This document shows positions 7,976-16,419 of a stretch of DNA of 24,179 bases, one piece after another. This stretch comes from Candidatus Woesearchaeota archaeon. Lineage in GTDB: Archaea; Nanobdellota; Nanobdellia; Pacearchaeales; GW2011-AR1. The notes under the pieces were generated by a model. That model was not told the DNA's origin, did not search any database, and saw only the letters and a program-made list of their open reading frames with translations. The translations under genes and the position numbers were made by a program. Every line of letters starts with the position of its first letter. The stretch's first letter is position 1. The stretch covers positions 1-24,179 of the forward strand of contig CAYREP010000002.1 in NCBI GenBank assembly GCA_964423375.1, in the 5' to 3' direction.

Positions 7976-9112
7976 TTAAATAAGGACTTTTTTCTTTTTC
8001 AGGGATTCATAAGCGACTATATACATCCCGGCATTCCAGCCCTGGTAGCTTTCTGCGCCGGCTTCCGTTTTTCCGATTTCGCCCGTAAGGCCGTGAAGCC
8101 ATTCCGGAAAATTGCCGTTGTTTTTCATGTTCGCCTCCGCAAGTTTTTTCATTTGTTTTTTCGCTTCGCTGAATTTTTTCATTTTTATCAAAGCCAAAAC
8201 ATAAAATCCGCCGATGAAGGTCCAAATTCCGGCATTGAGATAATGCCAGGGAATTCCAGCTTCGCAGTCCAAAAAATAATCCTGCCAGTCTTTGCTTTCC
8301 GGAGTGATTGGCGGATAAATCGCTTTGATTGGATAAGGCTCCGCGATTTTTTCTTTCTTTATGTAATTGAGAATTTTTTCAGATTGCTCTTTGTCTGCGA
8401 GGCCAAAGATTATTGCAAGCAAGTTTCCAAGGCTGTCAAACCACCCGCCCTTTTCCCGATATTTATTATGATTTTTCCAGCGCCACGGCAAATAAAATCC
8501 AAGGTCTTTGTCCCAAAGTGCAAAATCGCCTGGCGCATTGACGACTTTCTTCAGGCGTTCAGCTTCTTTGTTTTTTCCTGCAAGTTTCAGAGCGCGATAA
8601 TAAAGTGATTGCGTATTGATAGTATGGCCGTATCTGTGCGGGAAAGCGTCTTGCCAATCCGTCGTCGGCTGCTGCTCCGGCATGCCGTCTTCGCCAGTGT
8701 CAAGGCAGGAAAGCCAATATAAGATTTTTGAAAAAGTTTTTTTGTATTTTCTTGCCAAAGAGTCATCATGGTACCTGAATTTGTAATTATAATTTGCGAT
8801 TAAAAACCAAAGCGAAGAATCAAGCGACATGAAATCAACGTGATGTTTTCTTCCTGAAACAAATTTGTCGACCGCGTTCGGAATCTGGCCTTTTGGCGAG
8901 GCGTTTTCAGCAAGAGTTATGATTGATTTTTTTATTGCCTGTTTTAGAGATTTGTCTTTCACAAGCGAAGCTCCGAGAGACATTATCATCGAATCGCGGC
9001 CAAACACCATATCATAACCAGGATAGGCTGCAAAAAATCCATTTGGCGTTTCGCATTTTTTAAGAATCCAAACCGCTTGGTTGTACGCATTGTCAATTAA
9101 ATCTTTATCCAA
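7976..9112 (-). CDS. (alpha/alpha)6 six-hairpin glycosidase, amylo-alpha-1,6-glucosidase (GDE_C)-like or neutral-invertase-like
   Basis: 378 aa. Blocks VFGRDSMI, TDWQDAFPHRYGHTINTQSLYYRAL, YLNAGIWTFIGGFY. TTG start at 9112 preceded by GAGGTG 8 nt upstream. No signal peptide. Confidence 0.65.
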   Translation of the reverse strand: MDKDLIDNAYNQAVWILKKCETPNGFFAAYPGYDMVFGRDSMIMSLGASLVKDKSLKQAIKKSIITLAENASPKGQIPNAVDKFVSGRKHHVDFMSLDSSLWFLIANYNYKFRYHDDSLARKYKKTFSKILYWLSCLDTGEDGMPEQQPTTDWQDAFPHRYGHTINTQSLYYRALKLAGKNKEAERLKKVVNAPGDFALWDKDLGFYLPWRWKNHNKYREKGGWFDSLGNLLAIIFGLADKEQSEKILNYIKKEKIAEPYPIKAIYPPITPESKDWQDYFLDCEAGIPWHYLNAGIWTFIGGFYVLALIKMKKFSEAKKQMKKLAEANMKNNGNFPEWLHGLTGEIGKTEAGAESYQGWNAGMYIVAYESLKKKKVLI

Positions 9113-9152
9113 AATAAAACCACCTCTTTTGATAAATTACAGACGAAGAAGT

Positions 9153-9707
9153 TTATAAATTTTGAGGGAGAAGATTATATTTTCTAAGAAGATTATCTAA
9201 CCAGTCCATATGTTCCTTGCCAAATTTCTTTAGTGAATCTCTAACTGCTTCGACGCTTTTTTCTTCAGTTAAGGCATCTTCATTTTTTGAGAAAAATTTG
9301 TCTGCAAGACAGATTATTTCTTCTTCGACAGAAATCGGCAGCATGTTTCTGTGTGGAATCGGCAGATTTTGTGATTCAATATCATGAAGTGAGATGCCGG
9401 TGTGCCTTTCGCAAACTAAGGCATGTTTTAGAAAACCTTCTTTCTCGAGAAGTTCTCTTCCAAGATAACCATGAGAGATATATGGTTCTTCACCCAAACA
9501 ATAAATTGAGGGAGCATTTGTTAGGGAAATACCAATGTCGTGTAGCATTGCTGCTTCTTTTATGAACTCTATATCGGGATGCAAATGTGGAACGCTTTTA
9601 GCAATCTCAAGGGCTTTTTTCAGAACAACCTTGCTATGAATAACCAGCAAATAATAAACTTTCGAATTTGTGTCATAATGTTTTTGGATGATTTTTAACG
9701 AATCCAT
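9153..9707 (-). CDS. HD-domain metal-dependent phosphohydrolase
   Basis: 184 aa. MLHDIGIS HD motif plus further His/Asp candidates (VIHSK, CERHTG, CLADKF). Lies 40 nt upstream of the GDE-like gene on the same strand. Confidence 0.8.
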   Translation of the reverse strand: MDSLKIIQKHYDTNSKVYYLLVIHSKVVLKKALEIAKSVPHLHPDIEFIKEAAMLHDIGISLTNAPSIYCLGEEPYISHGYLGRELLEKEGFLKHALVCERHTGISLHDIESQNLPIPHRNMLPISVEEEIICLADKFFSKNEDALTEEKSVEAVRDSLKKFGKEHMDWLDNLLRKYNLLPQNL

Positions 9708-9752
9708 CGTAAAAGACTATCAAAAGTAAATATAAATTTATCCTTAATCTTT

Positions 9753-11954
9753 TCACAAATCCATCAAAAACAACCTGGCCATCAGATAAGAAATTGTAGA
9801 TTCCGCGCCCTGATTGAGATTGATTGCGTTCTCCCCGAGACCATCGTAGCATCCGCCGCTTGAGTGATCGTAAACAACCTGGTTCAGCGTGTTTCTTCCG
9901 ATAAACCATTGGAAAGTCTGCATCGTGAGTTTCCTGAATTTTTCGTCTCTTGTAATCTTATATGCAAGTATCAAAGACTGGATCATGTATGAGGCTTCAA
10001 TTGGCTGTTGGTCATGAGTCGCTTTTGGCTGACCTTTAAAGAACCAGCCCCTTTCTCCGACCGGAACGAAGACATCTCCCTCGAAAGTTTGCGAAATCAG
10101 AAAATCAAGGCTTTCAAGTCCCACATCAAGGTATTCTCTTTTTCCCGTAGCAAGATAAGCGTAAAGCAAAGATTCCGGAAGCTTGCTGTTCGCGTAAGTC
10201 ATGAAAGGCTCAAACCATCTCCACTCCGGGCTGGAATTTTTTTTGTATAATTCTAGAAGAGTATCTGCCAGGGCTGCAATATGTTTCTTAACTTTTGAAG
10301 AGCCGATAAACTTATTGTAAAAAGATAGTCCTTGGATTATGAACGCAATGGCCCGAGGAGACTTTATTTCACTGGAAGCCCTCAACGCCTTTCTGACAAT
10401 GCTCGCGGCCTGCCTTTTGAAATCTTCAGGAATGTTCGAAGATGAAATCAAATATCCCAGCGCCCAGATCGCCCTTCCATGAGCGTCTTCACTCCAGCCG
10501 TCCTGATTAATCTGTTTCTCCTTATTTACTATATTGTAAAGCTTTCCGTCGTGACTTTGGACATATTTTATGTAGTTCAGGTACGTTCTTATCAAATCCA
10601 GTTGCTTGAACTCTCTGAACTTTTCATAGTGTTTTGCACAAACGAGAATTGCGCGCGCGTTATCGTCAAGAGTGTAACCCGAATCCAGGTCGGGAGTTGT
10701 CTGAACTGCGAATTGAATAATCCCAAAATTGTCGGTAAGCTTTATCAAATGAGAAGTGTCTATTTCCGGCAGGGAATCCAGACCGTTTCCTTTCAAGTCC
10801 ACATACTTATTGAACAAATCACAATAATGCATTGCAACATTCGGCCAGGTCATAGGCCTTGTATGATAATAAGCTTCCTTTTCCATGCCCTTCCTCATCT
10901 CTGGATTTTCGAGAAGTTTTAGAATTGCTTCTTCAAACTCTTTTGCGTCCTCAAATCCAACCAAGATGCCCCGTCTCCCGTTCACCATATCTTTAGCATG
11001 CAGAAATGCCGTAGAAATTACTGCTCTTCCACACCCCATCGCGTAAGACAGCGTTCCGGAAGTTATCTGCTCCGGAGTTAGCGTGGCGGACATATAAATA
11101 TCCGAAGCTTTGAGATATTGGATTATTTCTTCAAGAGTAAGATACTTGTTGTAAAACTTGACATGATTCTCAAGTCCAAGATTTTTTACTCTTTTAATTA
11201 AAGAGTTTCTGTATTTCTCTCCGTGCTCTTTTCTTATGTTTGGATGGGTTTCTCCGATTATCAGGTAAACGAGGTTAGGAAATTTTTCAACAACTCTCGG
11301 CAGAGAATCTATTACATATTCATAGCCCTTGCCCGGACTGATCATTCCAAAAGAAGAAAGGATGAGTTTTCCTTCGTAGCCAAGTTTAGACTTCTCATTA
11401 TCCTGAGTCTCAAAAGAGACTTTTGGAATTCCGTGAGGGATAAGTGAGATTGGCGTATTTATTCCATAAACGTTTCTAAGGATTTCTATTCCTTTGTTTG
11501 TCATGACAACTATCTCCCGAACTTTTTCAGAAATCGCCTTGACAACCTTCTTGACTTTTGGTTCAGGGTTTGGAAGAATTGAATGAAACGTTATCACGAC
11601 CGGTTTCTTAACGACTTCAAGGAAAGCTAGAAGATAATCCCCCCATTCTCCCTCAAAGATTCCAAACTCATGTTGAATGTTTACGATCTTTACCCGCGGA
11701 GATTCATTTATCAAACGCGCAGCTTCAATATAATCGTTCATGTCCGTGTCTGAAATCTGGCAGATCACTTCTGGCGGATAATTATAAATGTTGACCCCGT
11801 TGTTGTTCATGGCAACGATGCCGGTCTTGACATTTTTCGGAAGCCTCTGATTGATTGCAGTAACTAAATCTTTTGTAAAAGTGGCAATCCCGCACTCTCT
11901 CGGCGGGAAAGTTGTTACGAACGCAATATCCGTGTCGTTGAAATTCTTTCGCAT
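9753..11954 (-). CDS. Two-domain protein: N-terminal GT4 glycosyltransferase fused to a C-terminal helical (alpha/alpha-toroid-like) domain
   Basis: 733 aa. Residues about 1-395 are GT4-like (TTFPPRECGIATFTKDL, GCGRAVISTAF). Residues about 396-733 (nt 9756-10769) are non-GT, with blocks GWSEDAHGRAIWALGY and NQGAESTISYL. No TM segment. Confidence 0.8.
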   Translation of the reverse strand: MRKNFNDTDIAFVTTFPPRECGIATFTKDLVTAINQRLPKNVKTGIVAMNNNGVNIYNYPPEVICQISDTDMNDYIEAARLINESPRVKIVNIQHEFGIFEGEWGDYLLAFLEVVKKPVVITFHSILPNPEPKVKKVVKAISEKVREIVVMTNKGIEILRNVYGINTPISLIPHGIPKVSFETQDNEKSKLGYEGKLILSSFGMISPGKGYEYVIDSLPRVVEKFPNLVYLIIGETHPNIRKEHGEKYRNSLIKRVKNLGLENHVKFYNKYLTLEEIIQYLKASDIYMSATLTPEQITSGTLSYAMGCGRAVISTAFLHAKDMVNGRRGILVGFEDAKEFEEAILKLLENPEMRKGMEKEAYYHTRPMTWPNVAMHYCDLFNKYVDLKGNGLDSLPEIDTSHLIKLTDNFGIIQFAVQTTPDLDSGYTLDDNARAILVCAKHYEKFREFKQLDLIRTYLNYIKYVQSHDGKLYNIVNKEKQINQDGWSEDAHGRAIWALGYLISSSNIPEDFKRQAASIVRKALRASSEIKSPRAIAFIIQGLSFYNKFIGSSKVKKHIAALADTLLELYKKNSSPEWRWFEPFMTYANSKLPESLLYAYLATGKREYLDVGLESLDFLISQTFEGDVFVPVGERGWFFKGQPKATHDQQPIEASYMIQSLILAYKITRDEKFRKLTMQTFQWFIGRNTLNQVVYDHSSGGCYDGLGENAINLNQGAESTISYLMARLFLMDL

Positions 11955-12012
11955 CTAGTCACACCTTTTCAATAATTAGAATCTCTGGACTTTTAAACAT
12001 TTTGTTTTTCAC

Positions 12013-12085
12013 AGATTTTCCGTCGAGAAAATCTAAAAAGAAATCTCGGTTCGGATTAAAATCCGCGCGCTGCGAACGGAGATTT
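12013..12085 (-). terminator. Tandem hairpins with a T-run downstream of the kinase gene (possible terminator)
   Basis: AGATTTTC-cgtcga-GAAAATCT at 12013-12034. AAATCTCGGTTCG ... CGAACGGAGATTT at 12041-12085, with one mismatch. On the minus strand the larger hairpin is followed by TTTCTTTTT. Confidence 0.3.
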
Positions 12086-12127
12086 AATTGTAATGCTGAA
12101 AGGCTTTGGAATTTCTAAGAATTCTAT

Positions 12128-12655
12128 TTAGGGTTTTCTAATCTTCGCAAGGACTTCCTTCGCGATTTTACCGGGAGATTTATCATGAACTTCTATTTTG
12201 ACATCAAAGATTTTTTCATAAGATAGTTTTCTTAGTTTGAGTAATTTGAGAGTTTCCAAATAGTCTTTGTCTCCAAACCTCTTTTTCTCTCTTGAAAAAA
12301 TAATCTTTGCGGCTTTCTCTTCCCCTCCGGGCGGCGCGAGATAGATAAGCTCTCCGCAGTGCTTCAAAATTGAAGTGTTCTTTTTATTGAGCCTTTCAAA
12401 TTGAGAAGCAACAGTTCCTCCTCCAATGGAAAAGACACACTCTTGTGGCAAATTTGAACAAAATTCTTTGAGCATCTCGCTTTCTGCAATACGGTAAGAT
12501 TCAACACCAAATTTCTCTGAATATTTTTTTATGTTTCCTAACTTCCCCTCGACAAATTCATCTAGATCAAGATAATTAATCTTGAGTTTTTTTGCCAGAA
12601 TTTTTCCTACAGTTGTTTTACCTATAGATCTTGGTCCAAATAGGATGAATCTCAT
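12128..12655 (-). CDS. Shikimate-kinase-like P-loop kinase (bacterial AroK type)
   Basis: 175 aa. Walker A GPRSIGKTT, DLD after the P-loop, ESYRIAESE (FRxxE-like), SIGGGTV (GGG substrate loop). Confidence 0.6.
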   Translation of the reverse strand: MRFILFGPRSIGKTTVGKILAKKLKINYLDLDEFVEGKLGNIKKYSEKFGVESYRIAESEMLKEFCSNLPQECVFSIGGGTVASQFERLNKKNTSILKHCGELIYLAPPGGEEKAAKIIFSREKKRFGDKDYLETLKLLKLRKLSYEKIFDVKIEVHDKSPGKIAKEVLAKIRKP

Positions 12656-12698
12656 AGGGTTAACTATTTTAAAGAATTAAAAATCTTCTGATAAAATC

Positions 12699-13322
12699 TT
12701 AAGCTTGTTGTTGTGTCGCGTCCAGAAAATGTTTGTTGGCCTGCTCCCAATTGATGACTTTCATAAAGTTGTCGAGGTACTCGTCGCGCTTGTTTTGGTA
12801 TTTCAGATAATAAGCGTGCTCCCAGATGTCAACGCACAAAACCGGAATCAATCCTTTCGTTATTGGGCTGTCCTGATTTGTGGTGCTTGTAATTTCAAGT
12901 TTGTTGCCGTTTGCGGGATTCACGACGAGCCACGCCCAGCCGCTTCCGAATTGGCCGAGTGCGGCTTTTTTGAAAGCTTCTTCAAATTCCTGAAAGCTTC
13001 CGAATTCTTTTTCTATTGCCGCAACGACTTCGCCTTCAGGTTTCACGTCTTTTTTCATCAATGGCCAAAAGAAACTGTGATTCAAATGTCCGCCGCCGTT
13101 GTTTCTTACCGCGTTTCTTATTTCTTCAGAGATTGATTCGACATTTTTGATAAGTTCCTCAACCGGCTTATCTTGAAGTTCTTCATGGCCTTCAATAGCA
13201 GCGTTTAGCTTTTTTACATAACCTGCGTGATGCTTGTCATGGTGAATCTCCATCGTTTTCGCATCTATGAAAGGTTCCAGCGCATCGTAAGAATAGGGAA
13301 GCTTTGGTAATTCGTAAACCAT
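12699..13322 (-). CDS. sod: Fe/Mn superoxide dismutase
   Basis: 207 aa. [23 protein letters not shown] and DIWEHAYYL metal-ligand blocks. Confidence 0.93.
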   Translation of the reverse strand: MVYELPKLPYSYDALEPFIDAKTMEIHHDKHHAGYVKKLNAAIEGHEELQDKPVEELIKNVESISEEIRNAVRNNGGGHLNHSFFWPLMKKDVKPEGEVVAAIEKEFGSFQEFEEAFKKAALGQFGSGWAWLVVNPANGNKLEITSTTNQDSPITKGLIPVLCVDIWEHAYYLKYQNKRDEYLDNFMKVINWEQANKHFLDATQQQA

Positions 13323-13371
13323 GATTAATTATCGCAAATCTTTTTTAAAAGTCTTTTGGTCTTGAAGTCCA

Positions 13372-13641
13372 TCACAATTCAAATTCTTCGATGAATTCAA
13401 CAATCGTCTTGTATCTTTCAAGAAATTTGAATCCCTTTTCAGTGAGTCTGATGAATCTGTCGCTCCCCTTGCGGATTTCGTCGACAAAGCCTTTCTCCAA
13501 CAGTTCCGCGTAAAACTCCTTGAATCTCGACGAAGACATCTTTGACTTACGCAGGAGAACGGTCGGCTTTATGGAATTCCTGTTTTCTTTTACAACTTTC
13601 AGCGTATCTTCCAAAATTTCGAGTTTTCCTCTCTTCGCCAT
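13372..13641 (-). CDS. Small winged-helix DNA-binding protein (archaeal COG3432 / HTH_45-like)
   Basis: 89 aa. KLEILEDTL...KPTVLLRKSKMSSSRFKEFYAELLEKGFV...IRLTEKGFKFLERY. Its ATG 13641 directly abuts the TAA of the upstream membrane-protein gene, and GGAG lies 6-9 nt upstream. Confidence 0.75.
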   Translation of the reverse strand: MAKRGKLEILEDTLKVVKENRNSIKPTVLLRKSKMSSSRFKEFYAELLEKGFVDEIRKGSDRFIRLTEKGFKFLERYKTIVEFIEEFEL

Positions 13642-14361
13642 TTAGTCTCCGGATTTTTTAAGGACCTTGTAAAGAATAATGAAGAAGATGCTCAAAAGCG
13701 CAAGATAAAGAAGAATTTTGAGAGCTTCCAGAAACTTCGGAACAAGGATATTTATTATATTGAGAATAAAGAAAACCAAGAGCAGGATGTAAACCTTGTC
13801 GAATCGATTCTTCCTTGATTTGAACTTGGGGCTGTGTGAAGACAGATATATAAAAACCCCTGCGAAGACGAAAAGCACAAGGTTCAGTCCCAGATAAAAG
13901 ATTACGTTGTTGAATGCTATTGTAGAAAAAGCCATTGAGATTGCTATTGCGTGAAAAAGATAAATTATTTTTGAATTGTTTTTCAGATTTTTCCAAAGCA
14001 CGCTGTAAATCAGGTAAAAAATAGACATCGAGCTGAAGTAAATGAAAACTAAAAGCGAGACATAACTTATAATCAACGGATAGATTTCAAAAATCTCCTC
14101 GACGTTAAATGTAGCGACCATGAATTCTATCGCGAGCCTGAAGAAATAAGCCACGGCGAAAAACAAAAACGCGAGCCGGAAATATTTCAGTCCCTTGTAG
14201 GAACTTAAACGATAAAGTTCCCGGGTCCCGAAATAAATCATAAGGCTGCAAAATATGACAACAAATGAATAAAGAATTTCCGCGCCGATTCCAAGGCTGA
14301 TCCGTGGCAACTGCGGAATGATTCCTGCATTTATATAAAAAAGGTCTTGCATTTTGAACAT
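13642..14361 (-). CDS. Polytopic membrane protein (about 7 TM), unknown function
   Basis: About seven hydrophobic stretches and no recognisable catalytic motif. The track start 14370 is GTG. I prefer ATG 14361 (or 14352) because of its spacing from the TATA-like AAGTTTTAAAGG at 14381-14392. Confidence 0.7.
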   Translation of the reverse strand: MFKMQDLFYINAGIIPQLPRISLGIGAEILYSFVVIFCSLMIYFGTRELYRLSSYKGLKYFRLAFLFFAVAYFFRLAIEFMVATFNVEEIFEIYPLIISYVSLLVFIYFSSMSIFYLIYSVLWKNLKNNSKIIYLFHAIAISMAFSTIAFNNVIFYLGLNLVLFVFAGVFIYLSSHSPKFKSRKNRFDKVYILLLVFFILNIINILVPKFLEALKILLYLALLSIFFIILYKVLKKSGD

Positions 14362-14457
14362 TTTCCTCACGGCACTAAACCTTTAAAACTTTATGGAAAA
14401 ACGATTTTGGCAAATTAGATTCACACAATTTTTAAAGTCTGGTTGGCTGATTTCGAA

Positions 14458-15177
14458 ATGGATGAAATAATCCACTTAAAAGATGTGTGGAAGGTCTTCA
14501 AGGAAGGCGAAGAAAACCAAGTCATAGCCCTTAAAAATGTGAACCTCAAAGTTCGCGAGGGAGATTTTATCGCAGTTATGGGACCTTCAGGCTCTGGAAA
14601 ATCTACAAGCATGAACCTCATAGGAAGCCTCGATGTTCCAACAAGAGGAAGCATCTTTCTTGACAAGCACAACATTTCTAATTTGACGGAATCTGACTTA
14701 GCGCAGGTTAGGGGAAGAAGAATCGGTTTCATATTCCAGCAGTTCAATCTTATTCCGAATCTCACCGCGAAAGAAAATGTCATGTTGCCGATGATTTTTC
14801 AGGAGACAGATGAACTAGAAAGAGAAAAGAAAGCTGAAGAACTTTTGAAGCTCGTTGAACTTTCAGATAGAATGGACCACTATCCGGGAGAACTTTCAGG
14901 AGGGCAGCAGCAGAGAGTGGCAATTGCGAGAGCTCTCGCGAACGATCCCGAAGTCATTCTTGCAGATGAGCCCACAGGAAATCTTGACACTCACACCGGC
15001 GATGTGGTCATGAAATTCCTAAACGACTTGAATAATAAAGGAAAAACAATAATCATAGTAACGCATGATCCCGATCTTGCAATGAAGCACACCAAAAAAA
15101 TCTACTGGATAAAAGACGGCCAGATAGAAAAGATAACAGAAAGGGTCAAAGGCAAGTGGAAAGACTTGAAGAAATAA
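14458..15177 (+). CDS. ABC transporter ATP-binding protein, MacB/LolD family
   Basis: Walker [10 protein letters not shown], signature [15 protein letters not shown], Walker [13 protein letters not shown]-loop VTHD. The track start 14443 is TTG. ATG 14458 lies about 25 nt downstream of the TATA-like AATTTTTAAAG (14428-14438). Confidence 0.9.
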   Translation: MDEIIHLKDVWKVFKEGEENQVIALKNVNLKVREGDFIAVMGPSGSGKSTSMNLIGSLDVPTRGSIFLDKHNISNLTESDLAQVRGRRIGFIFQQFNLIPNLTAKENVMLPMIFQETDELEREKKAEELLKLVELSDRMDHYPGELSGGQQQRVAIARALANDPEVILADEPTGNLDTHTGDVVMKFLNDLNNKGKTIIIVTHDPDLAMKHTKKIYWIKDGQIEKITERVKGKWKDLKK

Positions 15178-15195
15178 AAAGAATTTTGAAAGGAC

Positions 15196-16419
15196 ATGAT
15201 AAAAGATTATTTTAATTTGGCATTTAAGAACCTGAAAAAGCGCGGCGCGCGAAGTTGGCTGACGCTTATAGGAATATTAATAGGTGTCGCCGCGGTAGTT
15301 TCCCTTATTTCCCTCGGGAACGGACTCAAAGATGCTGTGAATTCACAATTCAACATCGGTTCAACAGAAGTTTTGACAGTCCAGGCCGGCGGGGTGAACA
15401 ACTACGGTCCTCCTGGAAGCGGGGCTGCGAAACCACTCGTGCAGGCAGACACAGACGCGATAAACAAACTCAGCGATGTGGAAGTTGCAATTTCAAGAAA
15501 TATAAAGAACATAAAAGTAGAATTCAACAAGAAAGTTCTTTTCACCTATGTGGCATCAATTCCTGACAATGCAAAAGACATTAACTACGTCTATAAATTC
15601 ACCGGACTTGAGATTGATTCGGGAAAACTCCTTGGCGCAGGGGAAAGAGGAGCTATAGTGATAGGAAATAACCTTGCAAAGGGAAACAAAAATAGTTTTG
15701 ACCGAGATATTCACATAGGAGATAATATAATGGTAAACGGAAAAAATTTTCGGGTACAGGGAATCCTGAAAAAAACAGGCAGCCTAATTTACGACAATGT
15801 TATTTTAATGAACGGAATTGACATGAAAAATCTTCTTGGCTATGGAAATAATGTTGACATCATTGCGGTAAAAGTGGTAAGCAAAGACATGATAAACCAG
15901 ACGATAAATGATATTGAAAAACTCATGAGAAAAAGGAGGAATGTAAAAGTGGGGGAAGAAGACTTTGATATTTCAACCCCGGAAGCCACATTATCCTCGG
16001 TAAACTCAATACTCTCGGGGATACAGATTTTTATCATAATAATCGCTTCAATTTCTATAGCTGTCGGGGCAATAGGCATAACAAACACAATGACAACTTC
16101 TGTGCTGGAAAGAAAAAGAGAGATAGGAATCATGAAAGCTATTGGAGCAAGGAATGAACAGATATTTTACCAATTTTTTATTGAAGCGGGGCTGCTCGGC
16201 TTGATTGGCGGTTTGGTGGGCGCAGCTCTCGGAGTTGCCGTGGGCTATCTTGGGACTTCCGCGCTGAATGCGTTCCTTAGTTCCACCACCCGGCCTTCAG
16301 TTAGCATCTGGTTGGTAATTTTCACCCTTCTTGGGAGTTTCATTGTCGGCGCGGTGTCCGGACTTGTGCCTGCGCTGAAAGCCGCAAAAGAAAATCCGGT
16401 GGAGGACATTAGAGGATGA
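15196..16419 (+). CDS. FtsX/MacB-type ABC permease with large extracytoplasmic domain (subunit 1)
   Basis: 407 aa. N-terminal TM (SWLTLIGILIGVAAVVSLISL), a soluble loop of about 230 aa, then three C-terminal TMs with the FtsX-type block ERKREIGIMKAIGAR. Confidence 0.88.
   Translation: MIKDYFNLAFKNLKKRGARSWLTLIGILIGVAAVVSLISLGNGLKDAVNSQFNIGSTEVLTVQAGGVNNYGPPGSGAAKPLVQADTDAINKLSDVEVAISRNIKNIKVEFNKKVLFTYVASIPDNAKDINYVYKFTGLEIDSGKLLGAGERGAIVIGNNLAKGNKNSFDRDIHIGDNIMVNGKNFRVQGILKKTGSLIYDNVILMNGIDMKNLLGYGNNVDIIAVKVVSKDMINQTINDIEKLMRKRRNVKVGEEDFDISTPEATLSSVNSILSGIQIFIIIIASISIAVGAIGITNTMTTSVLERKREIGIMKAIGARNEQIFYQFFIEAGLLGLIGGLVGAALGVAVGYLGTSALNAFLSSTTRPSVSIWLVIFTLLGSFIVGAVSGLVPALKAAKENPVEDIRG

Noticed and set aside
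7961-8608. 215-aa plus-strand ORF
   Set aside because: It is entirely antisense to the GDE-like glycosidase gene. The translation is Phe-rich and repetitive, typical of a shadow ORF in AT-rich DNA.
9673-9909. 78-aa minus-strand ORF bridging the GT4-fusion 3' end and the HD gene start
   Set aside because: It overlaps two supported genes in other frames and spans the HD gene promoter.
10479-10922. 147-aa plus-strand ORF (and similar ones at 10008-10250 and 11223-11447)
   Set aside because: They are antisense shadows inside the 733-aa GT4 fusion gene.
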